A program made the translations under genes and the position numbers. Positions 39,665-49,223 of a stretch of 64,000 nucleotides of DNA are shown piece by piece; the first letter of the stretch is position 1, and each line of letters opens with the position of its first letter. Origin of the DNA: Rhabdothermincola salaria (lineage in GTDB: Bacteria; Actinomycetota; Acidimicrobiia; Acidimicrobiales; Acidimicrobilacustridaceae); assembly GCF_021246445.1 (NCBI RefSeq), contig NZ_JAJQXW010000002.1, positions 124,001 through 188,000 on the forward strand, read 5' to 3'. The notes beneath the pieces were generated by a model that saw only the letters and a program-made list of their open reading frames with translations, did no database searches and was not told the DNA's origin.

Positions 39665-40636
39665 GTGACCGACATCGCCGCTCCGCCCCCTGCCAGCCCC
39701 GACTGGTCGGCGCGCACCATCGCCTTCCTGGGGCCGATCGGCACGTTCTCCGAGCAGGCCCTGTTGAGCGACGAGGACCTGGCCCGGGCCAAGGCCGTGC
39801 CGCTGCCCACGTTCTCGGCGGTGCTCAACGCGGTGGAGGCGGGCGAGGTCGACCTCGGGTTCGTGGCCATCGAGAACGCCATCGAGGGCACGGTCAACGT
39901 CACCCAGGACACGCTCGCCTTCGACGCCGACCTGCTGATCCAGCGCGAGGTCGTGCTCCCCGTCCACCTCGACCTGATGGCCCGCCCGGGTGTGGTGCTC
40001 GACCAGATCACCCACGTCTGGTCCTATCCCCACGCTCTGGCCCAGTGCCGCAAGTTCCTGGCCCGCGAGCTTCCGCTGGTCGAGGCCGAGGCCACAAACT
40101 CCACCGCCGATGCGGCCCGCACGTTGGCCGAGCAGGGCGACACCCACGCCGGGGCCATCGCCCCCGCCCGGGCGGCCGAGGTCTACGGCCTCGAGGTGCT
40201 GGCCCACGCCATCGAGGACCACGACGACAACGCCACCCGCTTCGTGCTGGTGGCCCGCGCCGGCGTACCCGCCTCCACGGGGCACGACAAGACATCGATC
40301 GTGGTGTTCCAGCGTGCCGACGAGCCCGGCAGCCTGCTCGGCATCCTCCAGGAGTTCGCCGCCCGCGGCATCAACCTGACCCGCCTCGAATCGCGCCCCA
40401 CCCGGCGCGGCCTGGGTGACTACTGCTTCCTGATCGATCTCGAGGGGCACCTCCGAGACGAAGTGGTGGCCGATGCCCTGCGCGCGCTCAAGACCAAGCA
40501 GGCCGACGTGAAGTTCCTCGGCTCGTACCCGGCGGCCGGCGAGCACGGCGCCACCGTGCGCGCCGAGGCCAACGAAGCCGCCCGTCGCGCCGAGGCCTGG
40601 CTGTCCGGCCTGCGAGCCGACATCGCCGGCGCCTGA
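39665..40636 (+). CDS. pheA: Prephenate dehydratase
   Basis: FLGPIGTFS, IENAIEG, SYPHALAQC, NATRF, INLTRLESRP (ACT domain). Confidence 0.96.
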   Translation: MTDIAAPPPASPDWSARTIAFLGPIGTFSEQALLSDEDLARAKAVPLPTFSAVLNAVEAGEVDLGFVAIENAIEGTVNVTQDTLAFDADLLIQREVVLPVHLDLMARPGVVLDQITHVWSYPHALAQCRKFLARELPLVEAEATNSTADAARTLAEQGDTHAGAIAPARAAEVYGLEVLAHAIEDHDDNATRFVLVARAGVPASTGHDKTSIVVFQRADEPGSLLGILQEFAARGINLTRLESRPTRRGLGDYCFLIDLEGHLRDEVVADALRALKTKQADVKFLGSYPAAGEHGATVRAEANEAARRAEAWLSGLRADIAGA

Positions 40637-40700
40637 AGGCGCGAGAGCGTTCCCCGAATCATCAACACATGCTGACGATTCACGAGTCCATCGAACACGC

Positions 40701-41306
40701 CTAGCCGTGAGCGCCGGCGGAGATCGTGCGGGCGATGTCCTCGGCCTGGGCCTGGTCCCAGCCACCGGTGATGGTGATCTCGTCGGCCTCGAACGACGGC
40801 GTCATGATCGTGGGCGCCGTGACGACCTCGCCGTCGACCACGAGGGCCACCTGACCCGTCGGACAGCCGTCGCTGCTGGTCGTGCAGGCGGTCGCGATGG
40901 CGTTGAAGGCGTCGATGCCCGCCTCTCCCGCAGCCAGCTCCGGCTGCACCTCCCACTCGTCGCCCTGGCCAGGGGCCGCGGTGGCTCGAACGATGCCGCG
41001 CCCGTCGACGACGACCGGGCCGAGCTGGTCGAGCGTCGGCAGGTCGTCCTGGGACCCGGATGACGCCGGTCCGGTGACCACGGGCCGGAAGGACACCGAC
41101 TCCGGCGGTGCTGTCGCGGTGGGGAAGACCGCCTCCGTCGTCGGGGTGTTCGAGGCCGCCGCGGACACCGGGGCGGACGACGGCTCGTCGGGACCGCTGC
41201 TGCAGGCCGCGCTGACGCCAGCCATCACCACGAGGGCGACGACGATCGACCGGGAGCCGCGCATCGTTGCGCTCTCTGGCTTCGGTGGGGATTGGGCGTC
41301 GTTCAT
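40701..41306 (-). CDS. Lipoprotein with SecD/SecF P1-head-like subdomain
   Basis: VSAAC lipobox; FRPV, QVALVVDGEVVTAPTI, ITITGGWDQAQAEDIA. Confidence 0.75.
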   Translation of the reverse strand: MNDAQSPPKPESATMRGSRSIVVALVVMAGVSAACSSGPDEPSSAPVSAAASNTPTTEAVFPTATAPPESVSFRPVVTGPASSGSQDDLPTLDQLGPVVVDGRGIVRATAAPGQGDEWEVQPELAAGEAGIDAFNAIATACTTSSDGCPTGQVALVVDGEVVTAPTIMTPSFEADEITITGGWDQAQAEDIARTISAGAHG

Positions 41307-41443
41307 TCCGACTCCGATCGCTCGATGCGGGTATCGGCCTGTCGACGACATCCATGCTGGGTCATCGCCCACCTGGGTCGGTTCATCGGCCCTCCCTCGC
41401 TTGGGGGCGGCAGGCCCGTGCCTTGGATGCAGCAACGGAGAGC

Positions 41444-41764
41444 TCACCTCGGCGCGTCAGTGTCGAGGAACGCCAGGATGTCATGCCGGGCGTGGAGCAC
41501 CCGCCAGATGTCGATGCGATCGCTGTACGGCACGTAGAAGACGAGGTACGGGAAGCCTCGGACGGGCCATTTCCTCAGATCCGGGATGTCGAGCTCGAAG
41601 GCGAAGCGGAGCGAGCCCATCGACGGCTTGTCGCAGAGGTCGGCGATCGCGGTCTCGATGGCGCCGACGAACACGAGTGCGATGTCGGGGCCTGCTTCGT
41701 CGCGGTAGTAGGCCACCGCTTCCTCGATGTCGCGCGCCGCGACCGCGCGGAGCTGGGCGTGCAC
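41444..41764 (-). CDS. Type II toxin, RelE/ParE family
   Basis: AARDIEEAVAYY...P.MGS...LRKWPVRGFPYLVFY...IWRVLHARHD. Confidence 0.9.
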   Translation of the reverse strand: MHAQLRAVAARDIEEAVAYYRDEAGPDIALVFVGAIETAIADLCDKPSMGSLRFAFELDIPDLRKWPVRGFPYLVFYVPYSDRIDIWRVLHARHDILAFLDTDAPR

Positions 41765-41774
41765 GAAGTGGTGC

Positions 41775-42008
41775 TCAGCTTGCGGTCTGCGCCTGGTCCC
41801 GGAGTGACGCGAAGTACGCCGCGTCGGCGGTGGCGACGACCGGTGCCCGAGCCCCGTCGAGGAGGGCGGAGCGAAGCTCGCGGCGGTCGCGATCGCGTCT
41901 GATCAGCTCGCGCACGTACTCGCTGGTCGAGCCGAAGTTGCCCTCGTCGACCTGAGCGTCGACGAACGATCGAAGCTCCTCGGGCAGCGAGACGTTCATC
42001 GTGGCCAT
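41775..42008 (-). CDS. Type II antitoxin, ParD (RHH) family
   Basis: MATMNVSLPEELRSFVD.QV..G.FGSTSEYVRELIRRD. Confidence 0.93.
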   Translation of the reverse strand: MATMNVSLPEELRSFVDAQVDEGNFGSTSEYVRELIRRDRDRRELRSALLDGARAPVVATADAAYFASLRDQAQTAS

Positions 42009-42014
42009 GGTCTG

Positions 42015-42044
42015 AGGCTAGAAGGCTTGGCAACCTTTGCCAAG
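42015..42044 (-). promoter_or_regulatory. parDE promoter with palindromic operator
   Basis: cttggcaa-N3-ttgccaag (42026-42044); minus strand TTGGCA-N17-TAGCCT six nt before ATG. Confidence 0.7.
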
Positions 42045-42158
42045 GGCGTCGCGCACGACCGGCGGACCCCGGGCGCGGTCAGGTCGACCCCGGGGAAGAG
42101 CCAGCCGACCTCTGGCGGACGCGGGAACCAGAGCCGAGGATCCGTCGTCAGACGTGAC

Positions 42159-44573
42159 ATGCGGGATTCCGACGGCAACGAGATGGACGACGACCAGGGC
42201 GCCGGTTCGCCCTCCGAGCCACCGGCCGAGGCGGCAGCGCTGCGACGGCGCAATCGACAGCTCACGGTCGTCGTCGCCGTCGCGCTCGTCGTGGTGGCCG
42301 TTCTGGCCGGTGTCGTGGCCGTGGGGTGGGCCGGCGACGCCGACGAGACGGCGGGATCAGCGGGCTCCGGCGACATCCCCGCGGGGCGCAGCGATGTGGA
42401 GGCCCTGCTGGCCGGGCTCGACGACCGGCCCGTCGACCCCACCGAGGTGCAGCTCGTGAGCAGCGTGTCCACCTTCGCCGACTGCGACGCCCTGACCGGC
42501 GACCTGCGCCGGGTGGGCGCCGAGCACGTCGGCAGCCGGGGCTTCGGCGCGATGTTCGGTATCGGTTTCACGCCCTACGGCGCCTTCGACGAGGTCGGGC
42601 GGGCGACGGACCACGCCTCGGCGGCACCCGCGTCCCAGGCGAGCGACGGCGGCGACGGCGCGGGGGTCGGGACCACGCTGGGCACCAACGTCCAGGTGGA
42701 GGGCGTCGACGAGCTCGACCACGTCAAGGCCGTCGGGAACCTGATCTACGACCTCGACGGGGAGGGCCACCTACGCATCACCGACGCCGGCAGCCTCGAG
42801 GTCGTCTCCCGCGTCGACGTGACCCCGGAGCCGCTCGGTGGTGGCGAGGACGACACGGCGACCGCGCACCAGCTCCTCGCCGAGGAGGGTCGGGTCGTCG
42901 TGTTCGGCACCGAGACCGAGGTGTCCGAGCCGGTGGAGGGCGACCCGTCGGCCACCCGGGCCACCACCAGCTTCCTCACCGTCACGTTCGTGGACACCGC
43001 CGATGTCGCCGAGCCGGTCGTGAGCGACCGGGTGCGGGTGGAGGGCCGGCTCGTGTCCGCTCGGCTGGTGGACGGCCAGATCCGTCTCGTCACCACGTCC
43101 GACATGGCCGACCTCGGCTTCGTGATGCCCACGACCCCGACGTCGGTGGCCAAGGCGCTGGAGCAGAACCGCCGGTCCGTGGCGGTCTCCAGCACGGTCG
43201 ACTGGATCCCCGATTGGCAGCGGGCCGGCGCCGACCCGACACCCCTTGTGCCGTGCGAGCGAGTCCACGTGCCCGACACCTTCGCCGGCGTGGCCATGAC
43301 CTCGATGGTCACGTTCCCCATCGGGTCCGGCACGTTCGAGCCGGCCGCCACGTCGATCCTGGCGCCGGGCGACACGCTCTACGCCGGGCTCGAGAAGGTG
43401 GCGATCAGCTCCGGTGTCTGGGTCGATCCGATCGACCGGGACCGTCTCCGCTTCGACGACTGGCAGACCGCCGTGCACGAGTTCTCCTTCGCCGAGGGCG
43501 CGGCTCCCGGCTACGAGGGCTCGGGGATCGTCGACGGGTCGACGGTGGGCCAGTTCGCGTTCGGCGAGATCGGCGAGTCGCTCGCGGTGGTCACCACCGT
43601 CGGGACCCCGTGGGCGCAGGACACCTCGCGGAACGCCGTCGACCTCGTGGTCCTCGCGCCCGACGGCCACGGGGCGCTCGACCGCTCCGGCGACGTCGAG
43701 GACCTCGCCGACGGCGAGGGGGCCGTCAGCGCCGTGCGCTTCGTGGAGGGCCGGGTGCTGGTGTCGACCGGGGTCTTCGGCCAGGAAGTGCGCGTCGTCG
43801 ACGTGTCCGACCCGTCGGCCCCACGCAAGGCCGGCGAGATCACCGTGCCCGGACCGATCGGCTACTTCCACCCGCTGCCCGAGGATCGGGCCCTGCTGGT
43901 CGGGTCTCGCACCGACGAGGTCGGCGCCGGCGACGACATCCAGTGGCGGTCCTGGGTCCAGGCCCACCTGCTCGACGTGTCCGATGCGGACGCACCGCAG
44001 ATCGTCAGCACCTGGGAGCGCCCCTGGTCCGTCGACCAGATCGGCGCCGACCACCACGCCTTCACCTTCTGGCCCGAACGGGACCTGGCGCTGTGGGGCC
44101 TCCGCGACACGCAGATCACCTTCGACGAGACCGGGCCACCGAACCATGCGGCGGTGCTGCGGGTCCACGGCGAGGTGAGCGAGGTGGCCGTTCCGGTGGC
44201 GAACGAGCCGAACGAGACGCCGCCGCCCTGTCCCGAGGTGGCGGTCACCGAACCCGAGATGCGGGCCATGATCGGGCCGGACAGCCGGGTGCTGCGCTGT
44301 GACGACGGGGGTACCGGCCGGGTCGACTGGCCACGCCACCAGTGCCACCGCGTCGACCCGGGCACCGTCGCCCGCTTCGTGCCCGACGCCCAGGACGGCG
44401 AGTACGTCATCTGCAACCCGGCGCCGCAACCGGCGGTCTCCCGGGTGCTGGTCGTCGACGGCCGACCGATCCTGCTCACCGACCAGACGCTCGAGGCGCT
44501 CGACCCGGAGACGTTCGCGTCCACGCAGGTCGCCTACCACCCCAGCGAACGCAACTACCTCCCCTCCTTCTGA
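42159..44573 (+). CDS. Membrane-anchored secreted beta-propeller domain protein
   Basis: TM helix, TNVQVEGVDELD.VK, SAVRF, VVDVSDP..P...GE...PG...YFHP, DHHAF. Confidence 0.85.
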   Translation: MRDSDGNEMDDDQGAGSPSEPPAEAAALRRRNRQLTVVVAVALVVVAVLAGVVAVGWAGDADETAGSAGSGDIPAGRSDVEALLAGLDDRPVDPTEVQLVSSVSTFADCDALTGDLRRVGAEHVGSRGFGAMFGIGFTPYGAFDEVGRATDHASAAPASQASDGGDGAGVGTTLGTNVQVEGVDELDHVKAVGNLIYDLDGEGHLRITDAGSLEVVSRVDVTPEPLGGGEDDTATAHQLLAEEGRVVVFGTETEVSEPVEGDPSATRATTSFLTVTFVDTADVAEPVVSDRVRVEGRLVSARLVDGQIRLVTTSDMADLGFVMPTTPTSVAKALEQNRRSVAVSSTVDWIPDWQRAGADPTPLVPCERVHVPDTFAGVAMTSMVTFPIGSGTFEPAATSILAPGDTLYAGLEKVAISSGVWVDPIDRDRLRFDDWQTAVHEFSFAEGAAPGYEGSGIVDGSTVGQFAFGEIGESLAVVTTVGTPWAQDTSRNAVDLVVLAPDGHGALDRSGDVEDLADGEGAVSAVRFVEGRVLVSTGVFGQEVRVVDVSDPSAPRKAGEITVPGPIGYFHPLPEDRALLVGSRTDEVGAGDDIQWRSWVQAHLLDVSDADAPQIVSTWERPWSVDQIGADHHAFTFWPERDLALWGLRDTQITFDETGPPNHAAVLRVHGEVSEVAVPVANEPNETPPPCPEVAVTEPEMRAMIGPDSRVLRCDDGGTGRVDWPRHQCHRVDPGTVARFVPDAQDGEYVICNPAPQPAVSRVLVVDGRPILLTDQTLEALDPETFASTQVAYHPSERNYLPSF

Positions 44574-44633
44574 CCCTCGAGCCGCCGGCCGCCGGGAGCG
44601 CTCGGCCACCCGGGGCCGGGTATCGTCGCCGGC

Positions 44634-44718
44634 GGAGGGATGGCAGAGCGGACGATTGCGACGGTCTTGAAAACCGTTGAGGGGCAACCCTCCGGGGGTT
44701 CGAATCCCCCTCCCTCCG
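44634..44718 (+). tRNA. tRNA-Ser(TGA)
   Basis: Acceptor GGAGGGA/TCCCTCC, anticodon arm ACGGT-CTTGAAA-ACCGT, long variable arm, GTTCGAATC; CCA not encoded. Confidence 0.97.
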
Positions 44719-44742
44719 CTGCTGTGTAGTGTTTTCACCACT

Positions 44743-44831
44743 GGAGAGGTGCCGGAGTCCGGTCGATCGGGCCTCCCTGCTAAGGAGGTGACGGGGAAAC
44801 CTGTCCGTGGGTTCAAATCCCACCCTCTCCG
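44743..44831 (+). tRNA. tRNA-Ser(GCT)
   Basis: Acceptor GGAGAGG/CCTCTCC, anticodon arm CCTCC-CTGCTAA-GGAGG, long variable arm, GTTCAAATC. Confidence 0.97.
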
Positions 44832-44837
44832 CAACAT

Positions 44838-44865
44838 CGTGGGCCCCGCTCCGGCGGGGCCCACG
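44838..44865 (+). terminator. Hairpin after the tRNA-Ser pair
   Basis: 12-bp perfect stem cgtgggccccgc/gcggggcccacg with tccg loop. Confidence 0.75.
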
Positions 44866-44968
44866 GTCGTTCTCGGCCTGGTGACGTTCGTTGCCGCCGG
44901 ATTGCGAGGATGACGACGCGACTGCGCTTGTGTTGCATTTGTGTTGCGAAGCCACCAGACTCTCCCCC

Positions 44969-45499
44969 ATGCCGTCCACCACCCCGACGCCCACCACCCC
45001 GGCCCCCCCGATGCGCCGCACGCGCACCCGGCGGCTGGCCGCCCGTTCCCTCCTCGCCATCGCCGCTCTGGTGGTGCTGGCCTCGTGCACCCCGAACCAG
45101 ATGCGCACCTGGTACACCAACCAGGGCATCGACCACTCCGAGATGAGCGAGCAGCAGGTGGCCGAGGCCGCCTACGTGGCCACCATCTACTGGGCGGCCG
45201 TGTTCGCCGAGAACGCGGAGCTGTCCAAGTTCAACCACGTCCTCACCGACGGCCAGCTCTACAACCTGCGTCGGTGCGAGTCCACCGACAACTACGGCGC
45301 CGTGAGCTCCACCGGTCTCTATCGCGGGGCCTACCAGTTCCACCAGAACACCTGGAACAACGTCGCCCGCCAGCACTACCCCAAGTACGTCGGCGTCGAC
45401 CCCGCCCGGGCCGAGCCCAAGGTGCAAGACGCCATGACCCGCGCCCTGTGGTCCATGACCGGTCCCCGCTCGTGGCCCGTGTGCGGCTACCGCGTCTGA
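44969..45499 (+). CDS. Resuscitation-promoting-factor-like transglycosylase lipoprotein
   Basis: Lipobox VLASC; RCESTDNY...YRGAYQF..TW...Q...WPVCG. Confidence 0.9.
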   Translation: MPSTTPTPTTPAPPMRRTRTRRLAARSLLAIAALVVLASCTPNQMRTWYTNQGIDHSEMSEQQVAEAAYVATIYWAAVFAENAELSKFNHVLTDGQLYNLRRCESTDNYGAVSSTGLYRGAYQFHQNTWNNVARQHYPKYVGVDPARAEPKVQDAMTRALWSMTGPRSWPVCGYRV

Positions 45500-45541
45500 C
45501 CCACCCCCCGGCGGCACCGCCCGCCTGACACGACCCCCCGC

Positions 45542-45573
45542 ACGATGCCGTCGAGTCCGCTCGGCGGCATCGT
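45542..45573 (+). terminator. Hairpin after the Rpf-like gene
   Basis: acgatgccgtcgag-tccg-ctcggcggcatcgt. Confidence 0.7.
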
Positions 45574-45738
45574 CGCGTCCAGGCCTCGCGTCCGGGCTCT
45601 CGTCCGGCCCTCGTCGGCGATCCTGCCGAGGAGTGGCCCGGCGGTCACGGTGGGGACCGAAGCCCCTGGCTGGGGGGCGGGAAGAGGCGGACGATCACGT
45701 CAGAGACACGTGCGTGTCGTCTGACGAAGGGAGGGATC

Positions 45739-47250
45739 GTGAGCCAGATCCCACCACCACCCCCCGAGGGCTGGGTGCCCCCGGGCTCGACACCGCCCCC
45801 ACCACCGGCCGGTTCACCTCCGCCCCCGGGGGGCTCTCCCCCACCGGGCGCGGCACCGCCCCCACCGGCGGGTGGCCAACCTCCGGGCGGGTATCCCCCT
45901 CCCGGCGGCGGCTATCCGCCCCAACCGCCGGGCGGCCCACCCGGCGGATGGCAGCCCAACCAGCCCCCACCCGGGTGGCAGCCTCCACCCAAGCGCCGCT
46001 CGCCGGTGCTGTTGATCGTGGCCATCTTCGGTGTGATGGTGCTCATCACCGGCGCGGTGGTGGGCGCGATCGTGCTCACCCGCGACGACGAGGCCGCCGC
46101 GGGGGAGATCTTCCTCGAGACCGCCGGGAGCCCCGGCCAGGATCCCTTCGGTGCCCTGAGCGGCCCGGTCGTGACGGCCGCCACCTCGACCACGGCAACC
46201 ACGCAGGCCACCACCCCGACCACCGCCGCCGGGACGATCGCCACCCGCACGGTGGCGGGCGACGAGCGCGGCCTCTACGGCGGCTCGCTCGACGGCGGCC
46301 GCTGCGACGCCGAGGAGCAGATCACCTTCCTGTCGGCCAACCCGGCCATCGCCGAGGCGTTCGTGTCGGCGCTCAACCGCGACCCGACGTTGCGATGGAG
46401 CGGTGGCACCCAGGTCAGCACCGCCCAGATCAGCTCCTACATCCGTGAGCTGACCCCGGTCACGCTGGTCAGCGACACCCGGGTGACCAACTACGGCTAC
46501 CGCGACGGCCGAGCCACACCGCGCCAGGCCGTGTTGCAGCAAGGTACCGCGGTGATGGTGGACCGCTACGGCGTCCCCAGGATCAAGTGCAACTGCGGGA
46601 ACCCGCTGACCCAGCCCATCGCTGTGCGCTCCACCCCGACCTGGGTGGGCCCGCCGTGGCCGGGCTTCGACCCCACCAACATCGTCGTGGTCAACCAGAC
46701 CAACGTGGAGATCAACGTGTTCGTGCTGGTGAACATCACCGGTGAGGGCACGATCGAGCGCACCGCGGGCGCCGACGGGGTCGACACCCCGAGCAGCCCG
46801 CCGCCCACGACCCCTCCGGCCACCCAGCCTCCGGGGACCCAGCCTCCGGGCACCACCCCCCCGGCCACCGCTCCCGGCGGCGAGTCGCTGGGCACCGGGG
46901 ACGTGAGGGTGACGCTCACCTGGACCGGCGACGCCGACGTCGACCTGCACGTGGTCGACCCCACCGGGTTCGAGATCTACTTCGGCTCCCCGTCGTCGCC
47001 GAGCGGCGGCGAGCTCGACGTCGACGACATCCCGAGCGACGGCGACACCGGCACCCACGTGGAGAACGTGTTCTGGCCGACAGGCGGGGCTCCCGCCGGG
47101 GCCTACTCCGCCTGGGCTCGCAACCTGGGCGGCACGACCGGCTCGGCCGCCTACACCCTCGACGTGTTCGTGAACGGCGTTCGCGTCGGTGGCAGCTCGG
47201 GCACCCTGGCCGACGGCACGGACTCGCCCGTGACCGACTTCAGCTTCTGA
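45739..47250 (+). CDS. Pro-rich membrane protein with DUF6777 domain and C-terminal YfaP-like domain
   Basis: GLYGGS...CD, LTPVTL..DTRVTNYGY, QAVLQ.GTAVMVD.YGVPRIKCNCGNPL; VTLTW...DVDLHV.DP...LDVDD...EN. Confidence 0.85.
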   Translation: MSQIPPPPPEGWVPPGSTPPPPPAGSPPPPGGSPPPGAAPPPPAGGQPPGGYPPPGGGYPPQPPGGPPGGWQPNQPPPGWQPPPKRRSPVLLIVAIFGVMVLITGAVVGAIVLTRDDEAAAGEIFLETAGSPGQDPFGALSGPVVTAATSTTATTQATTPTTAAGTIATRTVAGDERGLYGGSLDGGRCDAEEQITFLSANPAIAEAFVSALNRDPTLRWSGGTQVSTAQISSYIRELTPVTLVSDTRVTNYGYRDGRATPRQAVLQQGTAVMVDRYGVPRIKCNCGNPLTQPIAVRSTPTWVGPPWPGFDPTNIVVVNQTNVEINVFVLVNITGEGTIERTAGADGVDTPSSPPPTTPPATQPPGTQPPGTTPPATAPGGESLGTGDVRVTLTWTGDADVDLHVVDPTGFEIYFGSPSSPSGGELDVDDIPSDGDTGTHVENVFWPTGGAPAGAYSAWARNLGGTTGSAAYTLDVFVNGVRVGGSSGTLADGTDSPVTDFSF

Positions 47251-47347
47251 GGTCCGCGACCCTCCGGGCCCGTCCGACCCCGGCGCACCACCGGGACGGG
47301 CGGGCCCGCGGCGTCGAACGCGGTTCGATGCTCGCCGCCATGGCGAT

Positions 47348-47364
47348 TGCCGTACGGTACGGCA
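47348..47364. promoter_or_regulatory. Palindromic putative TetR operator
   Basis: tgccgtac-g-gtacggca just upstream of the TetR gene. Confidence 0.6.
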
Positions 47365-47382
47365 TCTGGTAAACGAGGAGCC

Positions 47383-48087
47383 GTGACGCCCACTGCCCGC
47401 CGCGCCCCCTCCGGCGCCTCCACGCGACGGCGGGTCTCGCGGGGCACGCTGTCGCAGCAGCACATCGTCGACGCCACCTTGCGCCTGGTCCGCGACGAGC
47501 CATCAACCCCCATCACCATGGAGCGGGTGGCGTCGGTGCTCGGCACCCGGCCCATGTCGCTCTACACCCACGTGCGCAACCGGGAGGAGCTGGTGGCGCT
47601 GGCGGCCCGTCAGGCCCTCGGCGAGTGGGACGCCAGCGTGCCGCCCCGGGCCCGCTGGGAGATCCAGCTGCGCACCTGGTGCCGTTCGTTGCGCGAGCAC
47701 GTCCAGGCCTACCCCCAGCTGATGTTGGAGATGACCAGCCAGGGCTCGTTCCAGCCCGCCCTGCTCGAGGCCGTGGCCGTGTTGGCCCGGGTGCTGCGCC
47801 GCGCCGGGCTGGAGGGCGCGCCCCTGGCGGCTGCGCTGCGGTGGGTGCCCCAGACCGTGCTCGGCGCCGTGGTGCTCGAGCTGGCCCGACCCGCCGACCT
47901 CGAGACGCCCGACCACGAGGCCGCCGCCATCTACGGGTCGTTGGCGGCGTTGTCGGCCGACGACCGCGCCGAGTACGACGACGTGCTCGACCACTTCGTC
48001 AGCCCGGAGCTGGCCGACCTGTTCGAGTACTCGATCGACCGGCTGATCGACGGCGTCCGCGCCGCAGCCGCCGAGGTGGCCCGGTAG
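47383..48087 (+). CDS. TetR/AcrR family regulator
   Basis: IVDATLRLV...ITMERVASVLGTRPMSLYTHVRNREEL. Confidence 0.92.
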   Translation: MTPTARRAPSGASTRRRVSRGTLSQQHIVDATLRLVRDEPSTPITMERVASVLGTRPMSLYTHVRNREELVALAARQALGEWDASVPPRARWEIQLRTWCRSLREHVQAYPQLMLEMTSQGSFQPALLEAVAVLARVLRRAGLEGAPLAAALRWVPQTVLGAVVLELARPADLETPDHEAAAIYGSLAALSADDRAEYDDVLDHFVSPELADLFEYSIDRLIDGVRAAAAEVAR

Positions 48088-48142
48088 CGGGGACCGCCAC
48101 ACCGACGCGCTCGACGTCCGGGCGCCCGTCAAGGGGGAACAC

Positions 48143-49198
48143 ATGGGGAACGAGACGATGCGGGCCTGGCAGGTCCACACCTACGGCGATCCGCTCGACG
48201 TGCTGCGCCTCGACGAGGTCGCCGTGCCCACCCCGGATCCGGGGGAGCTGCTGGTGCGGGTCGAGGGCATCCCCCTCAACCTCAACGACCTGGAGCGCAT
48301 CAACGGCGGCAACATGATGGTGCGCCCCGAGCTGCCCTACAGCCCGGGCATGGAGGTGACGGGCGTGGTGGAGGCGGCCGGCGAGGGGGCCGAGTCGTTC
48401 GTGGGCCGCCGGGTGGCGGCCACCACCAAGATGGCCATCGGCGGGTACGCCGAGCTGGCCCTCTGCCCGGCGGTGGCGGCCTTCGACATGCCGGCCGACG
48501 TGCCCATGCCCGACGCCGCCGCCCTCTTCTTCCCGTTCCACCTGGCCTGGATCGGCCTGTTCGACCGGGCCGAGCTCACCGCGGGAGAGACAGTCCTCAT
48601 CCACGCCGCCGCCGGTGGCTCTGGGTCGGCCGCGGTGCAGCTGGCCAAGGACGCCGGCGCCCGGGTGATCGCCACCGCCGGCTCGGAAGCCAAGCTCGCC
48701 CTGTGCCGCGAGCTCGGCGCCGACGTGACCATCGACTACACCACCACCGACATCGCCGAGGTGGTGCTGGCCGAGACCGAGGGCCGGGGCGTCGACGTGG
48801 TGTTCGACAACGTCGGCCAGGCGGTGTGGGACGCGTCGTTCAAGAGCCTGGCCTACAACGGCCGCTACGTGATGATGGGCTTCGCCTCCAACAAGGAGGT
48901 GGCCGACGAGCCCTTCGTCGTGCCCCGCACCGTCGCGTTGTCCAACGCCAAGCTCTGCGGGGTGATGCTCAACTACCAGTCCGACGAGATGGTCGGCTTC
49001 CTCAAGGGGGCCATGGGCTGGAACGTGGCCCCGAGCAGCCTCGGGGTCCGCATCCAGGACGAGGTCCTCGAGCGCTACCGCGCCGGGCGGGTCAAGGCCG
49101 TCGTGGGTGAGGTGGTCCCCTTCGAGGAGCTGCCGCGCGCCATCGATGCCATGGCCAACCGGGCCACCATCGGCCGGGTGGTCATCACCACGTCCTGA
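48143..49198 (+). CDS. NADPH:quinone oxidoreductase (MDR family)
   Basis: LPYSPGME, GGYAE, IHAAAGGSG, GVDVVFDNVG. Confidence 0.92.
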   Translation: MGNETMRAWQVHTYGDPLDVLRLDEVAVPTPDPGELLVRVEGIPLNLNDLERINGGNMMVRPELPYSPGMEVTGVVEAAGEGAESFVGRRVAATTKMAIGGYAELALCPAVAAFDMPADVPMPDAAALFFPFHLAWIGLFDRAELTAGETVLIHAAAGGSGSAAVQLAKDAGARVIATAGSEAKLALCRELGADVTIDYTTTDIAEVVLAETEGRGVDVVFDNVGQAVWDASFKSLAYNGRYVMMGFASNKEVADEPFVVPRTVALSNAKLCGVMLNYQSDEMVGFLKGAMGWNVAPSSLGVRIQDEVLERYRAGRVKAVVGEVVPFEELPRAIDAMANRATIGRVVITTS

Positions 49199-49223
49199 CG
49201 GGGTCGGGCCGAACCCGTCCCGG

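Noticed and set aside
44866..44968. Possible c-di-AMP (ydaO) riboswitch upstream of the Rpf-like gene
   Set aside because: Spacer is short, no recognisable ydaO consensus, and a CAGACT -10 seven nt before the ATG suggests a leaderless transcript
45739..45990. C/G-rich quasi-repeats
   Set aside because: Encode the Pro/Gly-rich N-terminus of the DUF6777 protein
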